Below, piece by piece: positions 42,601 to 56,679 of a stretch of DNA of 64,000 nucleotides. Location of the stretch: assembly GCF_009914755.1 (NCBI RefSeq), contig NC_060933.1. One strand, written 5' to 3'. A program made the position numbers and the translations under genes. Numbering within the stretch: the first letter of the stretch is position 1; every line of letters begins with the position of its first letter. The notes under the pieces are model-generated. The model was not told the DNA's origin, made no database searches, and worked only from the letters and a program-made list of their open reading frames with translations. The stretch is from the human T2T-CHM13v2.0 reference genome, Homo sapiens.

Positions 42601-45600
42601 TCCATTCCATTCCATTCCATTCCATTCCATTCCGTTCCGTTCCGTTCCGTTCCGTTCCATTCCATTCCATTCCATTCTATTCGGGTTAATTCCATTCCAT
42701 TCCATTCGATTGCAATCGAGTTGATTCCATTCCATTCCATTCCATTCCATTCCATTCCATTCCTTTCCATTCCATTACGGATGATTCCATTCCATTGCAT
42801 TCCATTCCATTCCATTCCCCTGTACTCGGGTTGATTCCATTCCATTCCATTCCAATTCATGCCATTCCACTCGTGTTGATTCCATTCTTTCCATTCCATT
42901 CAAGTTGAATCCATTACATTGCATTCCATTCCATTCGATTCCATTCGATTGCACTCGGGTTGATTCCATTCCATTGCTTTCCATTCCATTCCATTCCATT
43001 CCATTCCGTTCCATTCCATTTCATTACATTCAGATTGATTCTATTCAATTCACTTACACTCCATTATATTCCAATCCATTCTGGTTGTTTCCATTCCATT
43101 CCATTCCATTTCACTCCATTCCATTGCACTCGGGTTGATTCCATTCCATTCCATTCCATTGCATTCCATTCCATTCCATTCCTGATGATTCCATTCCGTT
43201 GCATTCCATTCCATTCCATTCCCCTGCACTCGCGTTGATTCCATTCCATTCCATTCTTTACATTCCGTTCCATTCCATTCCATTCCATTTGGATTGATTC
43301 TATTCAATTCCCTTACACTCCATTCCATTCCATTCCATTCGGGTAGTTTCCATTCCATTCCATTCCATTCCTCTCCATTCCATTGCACTCGGGTTGATTC
43401 CATTCCATTCTTTCCATTCCATTCCATTCCATTCCATTCCATTCCATTCCATTCCATTGTACTCGGGTTGATTCTCTTCCACTGCATTCCATTCCATTCC
43501 ATTCCATTCCATTGCATTCCATTCCATTCCATTCCGTTCCATTCCATTACATTCGGATTGTTTCTATTCAACTCCCTTACTCTCCATTACATTCCATTCC
43601 ATTCGCTTTGTTCCATTCCATTCCATTCCATTCCACTCCATTCCATTGCACTCGTGTTGATTCCATTCCATTCCAGTCCATTCCATTCCATTCCAATCCA
43701 TTGTACTCGGTTTGATTCCATTCCATTGCATTCCATTCCATTCCATTCCATTCCTTTCCATTCCTTTCCATTACTTTCGGATTGATTCTATTCAACTCCC
43801 TTACTCTCCATTACATTACATTCCATTCGGGTAGTTCCATTCCATTCCATTCCATTCCATTCCACTCCATTCCATTGCACTCGTGTTGATTCAATTCCAT
43901 TCCATTGCACTCGTGTTGATTCCATTCCATTCCATTGCATTCCGTTCCGCATGATTCTATTCCATTGCATTCCATTCCATTCCATTCCCCTGCAGTTGGG
44001 TTGATTCCATTCCATTCCATTCAATTCCATTCCATTCCATTCCGTTCCGTTCCATTCCATTCCATTCCATTCCGTTCCATTCCATTCCTTTCCGTTCCAT
44101 TCCATTCCATTCCATTCCATTCCATTCCGTTCCGTTCCGTTCCGTTCCATTCCATTCCATTCCATTCTATTCGTGTTAATTCCATTCCATTCCATTCGAT
44201 TGCAATCGAGTTGATTCCATTCCATTCCATTCCATTCCATTCCATTCCATTCCATTCCTTTCCATTCCATTACGGATGATTCCATTCCATTGCATTCCAT
44301 TCCATTCCATTCCCCTGTACTCGGGTTGATTCCATTCCATTGCATTCCATTCCATTCCATTCCATTCCATTGCATTCCATTCCGTTCCATTCCATTTCAT
44401 TACATTCAGATTGATTCTATTCAATTCCCTTACACTCCATTATATTCCAATCCATTCTGGTTGTCTCCATTCCATTCCATTCCATTTCACTCCATTCCAT
44501 TGCACTCGGGTTGATTCCATTCCATTCCATTCCATTGCATTCCATTCCATTCCATTCCGGATGATTCCATTCCATTGCATTCCATTCCATTCCATTCCCC
44601 TGCACTCGGGTTGATTCCATTCCATTCCATTCCATTACATTCCGTTCCATTCCATTCCATTCCATTCGGATTGATTGTATTCAATTCCCTTACACTCCAT
44701 TACATTCCATTCCATTCGGGTAGTTTCCATTCCATTCCATTCCTCTCCATTCCATTGCACTCGGGTTGATTCCATTCCATTCTTTCCATTCCATTCCATT
44801 CCATTCCATTCCATTCCATTCCATTCCATTGTACTTGGATTGATTCCATTCCATTGCATTCCATTCCATTCCATTCCATTCCATTCCATTCCGTTCCATT
44901 CCGTTACATTCGGATTGTTTCTATTCAACTCCCTTACTCTCCATTACATTCCATTCCATTCGGGTTGTTCCATTCCATTCCATTCCTTTCCACTCCATTC
45001 CATTGCACTCGGGTTGATTCCATTCCATTCCATTCCATTCCATTCCATTCCATTCCAATCCATTCCATTCCATTCCGGATGATTCCATTCCATTGCATTC
45101 CGTTCCATTACATTCCCCTACACTCGGGTTGATTCCATTCCATTCCATTCCATTCCATTCGTTTCCATTCCATTGCAATTCTTTCCATTCCATTCTATTC
45201 CGTACCATTCCATTCCATTCCATACAATTCCATTCCATTCCATTCCATTCCATTCCATTCCATTCCATTCCATTCCGTTCCATTCCGTTCCATTCCGTTC
45301 TGTTCCGTTCCGTTCCATTCCATTCCATTCCATTCTATTCGGGTTAATTCCATTCCATTCCATTCCATTCCATTCTATACCATTCCATTGCAATCGAGTT
45401 GAATCCATTGCATTCCATTCCATTCCATTCCATTCCATTCCGGAAGATTCCATTCCATTGCATTCCATTCCATTCCATTCCCCTGCACTCGGGTTTATTC
45501 TTTTCAGTTCCATTCCATTCCATTCCATTCCTCTCCATTCCATTGCACTCGGGTTGATTCCATTCCATTCCATTCCATTCCTTTCCATGCCATTCCATTC

Positions 45601-48600
45601 CGTTCCATTCCATTCCATTACTTTCGGATTGATTCTTTTCAACTCCCTTACTCTCCATTACATTCCATTCCATTCGGGTTGTTCCATTCCATTCCATTCC
45701 ATTCCACTCCATTTCATTGCACTCGGGTTGATTCCATTCCATTCCATTCCATTCCATTCCGGATGATTCCATTCCATTGCATTCCGTTCCATTACATTCC
45801 CCTGCACTCGGGTTGATTCCATTCCATTCCATTCCATTCCGTTCGATTCCATTCCATTCCCCTGCACTCGCGTTGATTCCATTCCATTCCATTCCATTCC
45901 ATTCCATTCCATTCCTTTCGGTTCCATTCCATTCCATTCCATTCCATTCCGTTCCGTTCCGTTCCATTCCATTCCATTCCATTCTATTCGGGTTAATTCC
46001 ATTCCATTCCATTCGATTGCAATCGAGTTGATTCCATTCCATTCCATTCCATTCCGTTCCATTCCATTCCATTCCATTCCTTTCCATTCCATTACAGATG
46101 ATTCCATTCCATTGCATTCCATTCCATTCCATTCCCCTGTACTCGGGTTGATTCCATTCCATTCCATTCCAATCCATGCCATTCCAATCGTGTTGATTCC
46201 ATTCTTTCCATTCCATTCAAGTTGAATCCATTACATTGCATTCCATACCATTCCATTCCCCTGCAGTCGGGTTGATTCCATTCTATTCCATTCCATTCTA
46301 TTCCATTCCATTCCGTTCCGTTCCGTTCCGTTCCGTTCCATTCCATTCCATTCTATTCGGGTTAATTCCATTCCATTCCATTCCATTCCATTCCATTCCA
46401 ATCGAGTTGATTCCATTCCATTCCATTCCATTCCATTCCACTCCATTCCAGTCCTTTCCATTCCATTCCACTCGGGTTGATTCCATTGTATTCCTTTCCA
46501 TTCCATTCCATTCCATTGCAATCGAGTTGATTCCATTGCTTTGCATACCATTCCATTCCATTCCATTCCGGATGATTCCATTCCATTGCATTCCATTCCA
46601 TTCCATTCCCCTGCACTCGGGTTGATTCCATTCCATTCCACTCCATTCCGTTCCATTCCATTCCACTCCATTGTATTCGGGTTAATTCCATTCCATTCCA
46701 TTCCATTCCATTCCATTCCATTCCATTCCATTCCATTTCATTCCATTCCAATCCATTACAATCGAGTTGATTCCATTCCATTCCATTCCATTCCATTCCA
46801 TTCCATTCCATTCCATTCCTTTCCATTACATTACGGATTATTCCATTCCATTGCATTCCATTCCATTCCATTCCCCTGTACTCGGGTTTATTTCAATCCA
46901 TTCCATTCCATTCCATGCCATTCCACTCGTGTTGATTCCATTCTTTCCATTCCATTCAAGTTGAATCCATTCAATTGCATTCCATTCCATTCGATTCCAT
47001 TCGATTGCACTCGGGTTGATTCCATTCCATTGCATTCCATTCCGTTCCGTTCCATTCCATTACTTTCGGATTGATTCTATTCAATTCCCTTACACTCCAT
47101 TACATTCCATTCCATTCGGGTAGTTTCCATTCCATTCCATTCCATTCCTCTCCATTCCATTGCACTCGGGTTGATTCCATTCCATTCCATTCCATTCCAT
47201 TCCATTCCATTCCGGATGATTCCATTCCATTGAATTCCATTCCATTCCATTCCCCTGCACTTGGGTTGATTCCATTCCATTCCATTGCATTCCTTTCCGT
47301 TCCATTCCATTCCATTCAATTCCATTCCATTCTATTCGTGTTAATTCCATTCCATTCTATTCCATTCCATTCCATTGAAATCGAGTTGATTCCATTCCAT
47401 TCCATTCCCCTGCACTCGGGTTGAATCCATTCCATTTCATTCCATTAAATTCCGTTCCATTCCATTCCATTCTATTCGGGTTAATTCCATTCCATTCAAT
47501 TCCACTCCATTCCAGTCGTTTCCATTCCATTCCACTCGGGTTGATTCCATTCTATTCCTTTCCATTCCATTCCATTCCATTGCAATCGAGTTGATTCCAT
47601 TCGAGTTGAATCCATTCCATTCCATTCCATTCCATTACATTGCACACAGGTTCATTCCATTCCATTCCATTAAATTCCATTCCATTCCATTTCATTCCAT
47701 TCCATTCTATTCCGTAAAATTCCATTCTATCCCATTCCATTCCATTCCATTCCATTCCATGCCATTACACTCGGGTTGATTCCATTCCTTTCCATTCCAT
47801 TCTTGTTGAATCCATTCCATTCCATTCCATTCCATTCGAATCCATTCCATTGCACTCGGGTTGATTCCATTCCATTCCACTCCATTCCATTCCATTCCAT
47901 TCCATTCCATTCCATTCCATACGGATTGATTCTATTCAATTCCCTTACACTCCATTACATTCCATTCCATTCGGGATGTTTCCATTCCATTCCATTCCAT
48001 TCCATTCCACTCCATTCCATTGCATTGGGTTGATTGCATTCCATTCCATTCCATTCCATTCCGGATGATTCCATTCCATTGCATTCCATTCCATTCCATT
48101 CCCCTGCACTCGGGTTGATTACATTCCATTCCATTCCCTTCCATTCGTTTCCATTCCATTCCACTCAATTGCAATCGAGTTGATTCCATTCCATTCCATT
48201 CCATTCCATTCCATTCCATTCCATTCCGGATGATTGCATTCCATTGCATTCCATTCCATTCCATTCCCCTGCACTCGGGTTGATTCCATTCCATTTCATT
48301 CCATTACATTCCGTTCCATTCCATTCCATTCCATTCTATTCGTGTTAATTCCATTCCATTCCATTAAAATTCCTTTCCATTCCATTCCATTGCAATCGAG
48401 TTGATTCCATTCCATTCCATTCCATTCCATTCCAATCGCTTTGATTCCATTCCATTCCATTCCATTCCAATCCATTCCAAGCCTTTCCATTCCATGCCAC
48501 TCGGGTTGATTCCATTCTATTCCTTTCCATTCCATTCCATTCCTTTGTAATCGAGTTGATTCCTTTCGAGTTGAATCCATTCCATTCCATTCCATTCCAT

Positions 48601-50012
48601 TCCATTCCATTCCATTCCATTCCATTTCGTTCAATTCCATTCTATTCCGTACCATTCCATTCCATTCCATTCCATTCCATTCCATTCCATTCCAATCGTG
48701 TTGATTCCATTCCTTTCCCTTCCATTCGGTTTGAAACCATTCCATTCCATTCAATTCCACTCCATTCCATTCCATTCCATTCCATTCCATTCCATTCCAT
48801 TGTATTCGGGTTGATTCCATTCCATCGCATTCCATTCCATTCCATTCCATTCCATTCCGTTCCATTCCATTCCATTACATTCGGATTGATTCTATTCAAC
48901 TCCCTTACTCTCCATTACATTCCATTCCATTCGGGTTGTTCCATTCCATTCCATTCCATTCCACTCCATTCCATTGCACTCGGGTTGATTCCATTCCATT
49001 CCATTCCATTCCGGATGATTCCATTCCATTGCATTCCTTTCCATTACATTCCCCTGCACTCGCGTTGATTCCATTCCATTCCATTCCATTCCATACCATT
49101 CCATTCCATTCCATTCCATTCCATTCCATTCCATTCCGTTCCGTTCCATTCCGTTCCATTCCATTCCATTCTATTCGGGTTAATTCCATTCCATTCCATT
49201 CCATTCCATTCCATTCCATTCCATTCTATTCCATTCCATTGCAATCATGTTGAATCCATTGCATTCCATTCCATTCCATTCCATTCCGGAAGATTCCATT
49301 CCATTGCATTCCATTCCATTCCATTCCCCTGCACTCGCGTTGATTCCATTCCATTCCATTCCATTCCATTCCATTCCGTTCCGTTCGGTTCCATTCCATT
49401 CCATTCCATTCCATTCCATTCCGTTCCGTTCCATTCCATTCCATTCCATTCTATTCAGGTTAATTCCATTCCATTCCATTCGATTGCAATCGAGTTGATT
49501 CCATTCCATTCCATTCCATTCCATTCCATTCCATTCATTTCCATTCCATTACGGATGCTTCCATTCCATTGCATTGCATTCCAATACATTCCCCTGTACT
49601 CTGGTTGATTCCATTCCATTCCATTCCAATCCATGCCATTCCACTCGTGTTTATTCCATTCTTTCCATTCCATTCAAGTTGAATCCATTCCATTGCATTC
49701 CATTCTATTCGATTCCATTCGATTGCACTCGGGTTGATTCCATTCCATTGCATTCCATTCCATTCCATTCCATTCCATTCCATTCCATTCCGTTCCATTC
49801 CATTCCATTACATTCGGATTGATTCTATTCAATTCCCTTACACTCCATTACATTTCATTCCATTCGGGTAGTTTCCATTCCATTCCATTCCATTCCTCTC
49901 CATTCCATTGCACTCGGGTTGATTCCATTCCATTGCATTCCATTCCATTCCATTCAATTCCATTCCGTTCCATTCCATTCCATTCCATTCGGATTGATTC
50001 TATTCAACTCCC
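36668..50012 (+). repeat. Higher-order repeat copy 2 (13,345 bp = 9,619 + 3,726 bp internal duplication)
   Basis: Offset to copy 3 is 13345 (36812->50157, 37582->50927). Its distal part matches copy 1 at offset 13340-13345 (33731->47071, 34951->48296, 36474->49819). Confidence 0.92.
38645..46096 (+). repeat. 3,726 bp perfect or near-perfect tandem duplication inside HOR copy 2
   Basis: A constant offset of 3726 holds across the ORF track (39049->42775, 40062->43788, 41447->45173, 42051->45777), with identical translations. Confidence 0.93.
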
Positions 50013-53000
50013 TTACTCTCCATTACATTCCATTCCATTCGGGTTGTTCCATTCCATTCCATTCCATTCCACTCCATTCAATTGCACTCGGGTTGATTCC
50101 ATTCCATTCCATTCCATTCCATTTTGGATGATTTCATTCCATTGCATTCCGTTCCATTACATTCCCCTGCACTCGGGTTGATTCCATTCCATTCCATTCC
50201 ATTCCATTCGATTCCATTCTATTCCCCTGACTCGCGTTGATTCCATTCCATTCCATTCCATTCCATTCCATTCCATTCCATTCCATTCCATTCCTTTCCA
50301 TTCCATTACGGATGATTCCATTCCATTGCATTCTATTCCATTCCATTCCCCTGTACTCGGGTTAATTCCATTCCATTCCATTCCATTCCATTCCGTTCCG
50401 TTCCGTTCCGTTCCATTCCATTCCATTCTATTTGAGTTAATTCCATTCCATTCCATTCCATTCCATTCCATTCCATTCCGATCGAGTTGATTCCATTCCA
50501 TTCCATTCTATTCCATTCCACTCCATTCCAGTCCTTTCCATTCCATTCCACTCGGGTTGATTCCATTGTATTCCTTTCCATTCCAATCCATTCCTTTTCA
50601 ATCGAGTTCATTCCATTGCTTTGCATTCCATTCCATTCCATTCCATTCCGGATGATTTCATTCCATTGCATTCCATTACATTCCATTCCCCTGCACTCGG
50701 GTTGATTCCATTCCATTCCACTCCAATCCGTTCCATTCCATTCCATTCCATTGTATTCCGGTTAATTCCATTCCATTCCATTCCATTCCATTCCAATCCA
50801 TTACAATCGAGTTGATTCCATTCGATTCCATGCAATTCCATTCCAGTCCTTTGCATTCCATTCCACTCAGGTTGATTCCATTCTATTAGTTTCCATTCCT
50901 TTCCATTCCCTTCCATTCCACTCTGGTTGATTCCATTCCTTTCCATTCCACTCGAATACATTCCCTCCTATTCCACTCGGAACGATTCCATTCCATTCCA
51001 TTCCATTCAATTCCATTCCGTTCTATTCCATTCCATTCCATTCCATTTCGTTCCATTCCATTCTATTCCGTACCATTCCATTGCATTCCATTCCATTCCA
51101 TTCCATTCCATTCCACTCGTGTTGATTCCATTCCTTTCCATTCCATTCGGTATGAAGGCATTCCATTCCATTCAATTCCATTCCATTCCATTCCATTCCA
51201 TTCCATTCCATTCCATTCCATTCCATTCCATTCCATTCCATTCCATTGTACTCGGGTTGATTCCATTCCATTGCATTCCATTCCATTCCATTCCGTTGCA
51301 TTCCATTCCATTACATTCGGATTGATTCTATTCAACTCCCTTACTCTCCATTACATTCCATTCCATTCGGGTTGTTCCATTGCATTCCATTCCATTCCAC
51401 TCCATTCCATTGCACTCGGGTTGATTCCATTCCATTCCATTCCATTCCATTCAATTCCGGATGTTTCCATTCCATTGCATTCCGTTCCATTACATTGCCA
51501 TGCACTCGCGTTGATTCCATTCCATTCCATTCCATTCCATTCAATTCCATTCCATTACAATTCCTTCCATTCCATTCTATTCCGTACCATTCCATTCCAT
51601 TCCATACCATTCCATTCCATTCCATTCCATTCCATTCCGTTCCATTCCGTTCCATTCCATTACATTCCATTCCATTCTATTCGGGTTAATTCCATTCCAT
51701 TCCATTCCATTCCATTCTATTCCATTCCATTTCAATCGAGTTGAATCCATTGCATTTCATTCCATTCCATTCCATTCCATTCCATTGCATTCCATTCCAT
51801 TCCATTCCATTCCATTCCATTCCATTCCGTTCCGTTCCGTTCCGTTCCGTTCCATTCCATTCCATTCCATTCTATTCGGGGTATTTCCTTTCCATTCCAT
51901 TCGATTGGAACCGAGTTGATTCCATTCCATTCCATTCCATTCCATTACATTCCATTCTATTCCATTCCATTCCTTTCCATTCCATTACGGATGATTCCAT
52001 TCCATTGCATTCCATTCCATTCCATTCCCCTGTACTCGGGTTGATTCCATTCCATTCCATTCCAATCCATGCCATTCCACTCGTGTTGATTCCATTCTTT
52101 CCATTCCATTCAAGTTGAATCCATTCCTTTGCATTCCATTCCATTCCATTCCCCTGCAGTCGGGTTGATTCCATTCCATTCCATTCCATTCCATTCCATT
52201 CCATTCCATTCCATTCCTTTCCGTTCCATTCCATTCCATTCCATTCCATTCCATTCCGTTCCGTTCCGTTCCGTTCCGTTCCATTCCATTCCATTCCATT
52301 CTATTCGGGTTAATTCCATTCCATTCCATTCGATTGCAATCGAGTTGATTCCATTCCATTCCATTCCATTCCATTCCATTCCATTCCATTCCTTTCCATT
52401 CCATTACGGATGATTCCATTCCATTGCATTCCATTCCATTCCATTCCCCTGTACTCGGGTTGATTCCATTCCATTCCATTCCAATTCATGCCATTCCACT
52501 CGTGTTGATTCCATTCTTTCCATTCCATTCAAGTTGAATCCATTACATTGCATTCCATTCCATTCGATTCCATTCGATTGCACTCGGGTTGATTCCATTC
52601 CATTGCTTTCCATTCCATTCCATTCCATTCCATTCCGTTCCATTCCATTTCATTACATTCAGATTGATTCTATTCAATTCACTTACACTCCATTATATTC
52701 CAATCCATTCTGGTTGTTTCCATTCCATTCCATTCCATTTCACTCCATTCCATTGCACTCGGGTTGATTCCATTCCATTCCATTCCATTGCATTCCATTC
52801 CATTCCATTCCTGATGATTCCATTCCGTTGCATTCCATTCCATTCCATTCCCCTGCACTCGCGTTGATTCCATTCCATTCCATTCTTTACATTCCGTTCC
52901 ATTCCATTCCATTCCATTTGGATTGATTCTATTCAATTCCCTTACACTCCATTCCATTCCATTCCATTCGGGTAGTTTCCATTCCATTCCATTCCATTCC

Positions 53001-56000
53001 TCTCCATTCCATTGCACTCGGGTTGATTCCATTCCATTCTTTCCATTCCATTCCATTCCATTCCATTCCATTCCATTCCATTCCATTGTACTCGGGTTGA
53101 TTCTCTTCCACTGCATTCCATTCCATTCCATTCCATTCCATTGCATTCCATTCCATTCCATTCCGTTCCATTCCATTACATTCGGATTGTTTCTATTCAA
53201 CTCCCTTACTCTCCATTACATTCCATTCCATTCGCTTTTTTCCATTCCATTCCATTCCATTCCACTCCATTCCATTGCACTCGTGTTGATTCCATTCCAT
53301 TCCAGTCCATTCCATTCCATTCCAATCCATTGTACTCGGTTTGATTCCATTCCATTGCATTCCATTCCATTCCATTCCATTCCTTTCCATTCCTTTCCAT
53401 TACTTTCGGATTGATTCTATTCAACTCCCTTACTCTCCATTACATTACATTCCATTCGGGTAGTTCCATTCCATTCCATTCCATTCCATTCCACTCCATT
53501 CCATTGCACTCGTGTTGATTCAATTCCATTCCATTGCACTCGTGTTGATTCCATTCCATTCCATTGCATTCCGTTCCGCATGATTCTATTCCATTGCATT
53601 CCATTCCATTCCATTCCGCTGCAGTTGGGTTGATTCCATTCCATTCCATTCAATTCCATTCCATTCCATTCCGTTCCGTTCCATTCCATTCCATTCCATT
53701 CCGTTCCATTCCATTCCTTTCCGTTCCATTCCATTCCATTCCATTCCATTCCATTCCGTTCCGTTCCGTTCCGTTCCATTCCATTCCATTCCATTCTATT
53801 CGTGTTAATTCCATTCCATTCCATTCGATTGCAATCGAGTTGATTCCATTCCATTCCATTCCATTCCATTCCATTCCATTCCATTCCATTACGGATGATT
53901 CCATTCCATTGCATTCCATTCCATTCCATTCCCCTGTACTCGGGTTGATTCCATTCCATTGCATTCCATTCCATTCCATTCCATTCCATTGCATTCCATT
54001 CCGTTCCATTCCATTTCATTACATTCAGATTGATTCTATTCAATTCCCTTACACTCCATTATATTCCAATCCATTCTGGTTGTCTCCATTCCATTCCATT
54101 CCATTTCACTCCATTCCATTGCACTCGGGTTGATTCCATTCCATTCCATTCCATTGCATTCCATTCCATTCCATTCCGGATGATTCCATTCCATTGCATT
54201 CCATTCCATTCCATTCCCCTGCACTCGGGTTGATTCCATTCCATTCCATTCCATTACATTCCGTTCCATTCCATTCCATTCCATTCGGATTGATTGTATT
54301 CAATTCCCTTACACTCCATTACATTCCATTCCATTCGGGTAGTTTCCATTCCATTCCATTCCTCTCCATTCCATTGCACTCGGGTTGATTCCATTCCATT
54401 CTTTCCATTCCATTCCATTCCATTCCATTCCATTCCATTCCATTCCATTCCATTGTACTTGGATTGATTCCATTCCATTGCATTCCATTCCATTCCATTC
54501 CATTCCATTCCATTCCGTTCCATTCCGTTACATTCGGATTGTTTCTATTCAACTCCCTTACTCTCCATTACATTCCATTCCATTCGGGTTGTTCCATTCC
54601 ATTCCATTCCTTTCCACTCCATTCCATTGCACTCGGGTTGATTCCATTCCATTCCATTCCATTCCATTCCATTCCATTCCAATCCATTCCATTCCATTCC
54701 GGATGATTCCATTCCATTGCATTCCGTTCCATTACATTCCCCTACACTCGGGTTGATTCCATTCCATTCCATTCCATTCCATTCGTTTCCATTCCATTGC
54801 AATTCTTTCCATTCCATTCTATTCCGTACCATTCCATTCCATTCCATACAATTCCATTCCATTCCATTCCATTCCATTCCATTCCATTCCATTCCATTCC
54901 GTTCCATTCCGTTCCATTCCGTTCTGTTCCGTTCCGTTCCATTCCATTCCATTCCATTCTATTCGGGTTAATTCCATTCCATTCCATTCCATTCCATTCT
55001 ATACCATTCCATTGCAATCGAGTTGAATCCATTGCATTCCATTCCATTCCATTCCATTCCATTCCGGAAGATTCCATTCCATTGCATTCCATTCCATTCC
55101 ATTCCCCTGCACTCGGGTTTATTCTTTTCAGTTCCATTCCATTCCATTCCATTCCTCTCCATTCCATTGCACTCGGGTTGATTCCATTCCATTCCATTCC
55201 ATTCCTTTCCATGCCATTCCATTCCGTTCCATTCCATTCCATTACTTTCGGATTGATTCTTTTCAACTCCCTTACTCTCCATTACATTCCATTCCATTCG
55301 GGTTGTTCCATTCCATTCCATTCCATTCCACTCCATTTCATTGCACTCGGGTTGATTCCATTCCATTCCATTCCATTCCATTCCGGATGATTCCATTCCA
55401 TTGCATTCCGTTCCATTACATTCCCCTGCACTCGGGTTGATTCCATTCCATTCCATTCCATTCCGTTCGATTCCATTCCATTCCCCTGCACTCGCGTTGA
55501 TTCCATTCCATTCCATTCCATTCCATTCCATTCCATTCCTTTCGGTTCCATTCCATTGCATTCCATTCCATTCCGTTCCGTTCCGTTCCATTCCATTCCA
55601 TTCCATTCTATTCGGGTTAATTCCATTCCATTCCATTCGATTGCAATCGAGTTGATTCCATTCCATTCCATTCCATTCCGTTCCATTCCATTCCATTCCA
55701 TTCCTTTCCATTCCATTACAGATGATTCCATTCCATTGCATTCCATTCCATTCCATTCCCCTGTACTCGGGTTGATTCCATTCCATTCCATTCCAATCCA
55801 TGCCATTCCAATCGTGTTGATTCCATTCTTTCCATTCCATTCAAGTTGAATCCATTACATTGCATTCCATACCATTCCATTCCCCTGCAGTCGGGTTGAT
55901 TCCATTCTATTCCATTCCATTCTATTCCATTCCATTCCGTTCCGTTCTGTTCCGTTCCGTTCCATTCCATTCCATTCTATTCGGGTTAATTCCATTCCAT

Positions 56001-56675
56001 TCCATTCCATTCCATTCCATTCCAATCGAGTTGATTCCATTCCATTCCATTCCATTCCATTCCACTCCATTCCAGTCCTTTCCATTCCATTCCACTCGGG
56101 TTGATTCCATTGTATTCCTTTCCATTCCATTCCATTCCATTGCAATCGAGTTGATTCCATTGCTTTGCATTCCATTCCATTCCATTCCATTCCGGATGAT
56201 TCCATTCCATTGCATTCCATTCCATTCCATTCCCCTGCACTCGGGTTGATTCCATTCCATTCCACTCCATTCCGTTCCATTCCATTCCACTCCATTGTAT
56301 TCGGGTTAATTCCATTCCATTCCATTCCATTCCATTCCATTCCATTCCATTCCATTCCATTTCATTCCATTCCAATCCATTACAATCGAGTTGATTCCAT
56401 TCCATTCCATTCCATTCCATTCCATTCCATTCCATTCCATTCCATTCCTTTCCATTACATTACGGATTATTCCATTCCATTGCATTCCATTCCATTCCAT
56501 TCCCCTGTACTCGGGTTTATTTCAATCCATTCCATTCCATTCCATGCCATTCCACTCGTGTTGATTCCATTCTTTCCATTCCATTCAAGTTGAATCCATT
56601 CAATTGCATTCCATTCCATTCGATTCCATTCGATTGCACTCGGGTTGATTCCATTCCATTGCATTCCATTCCGTT
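50013..56675 (+). repeat. Higher-order repeat copy 3, truncated (~70% of the unit)
   Basis: Collinear with copy 1 up to the equivalent of ~33.7 kb (ORF 56467.. = 33498.. = 46838..). It then switches to GGATTGATTGTATTCAA...CCATTTCATT sequence of the other sub-type. Confidence 0.9.
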
Positions 56676-56679
56676 CCAT

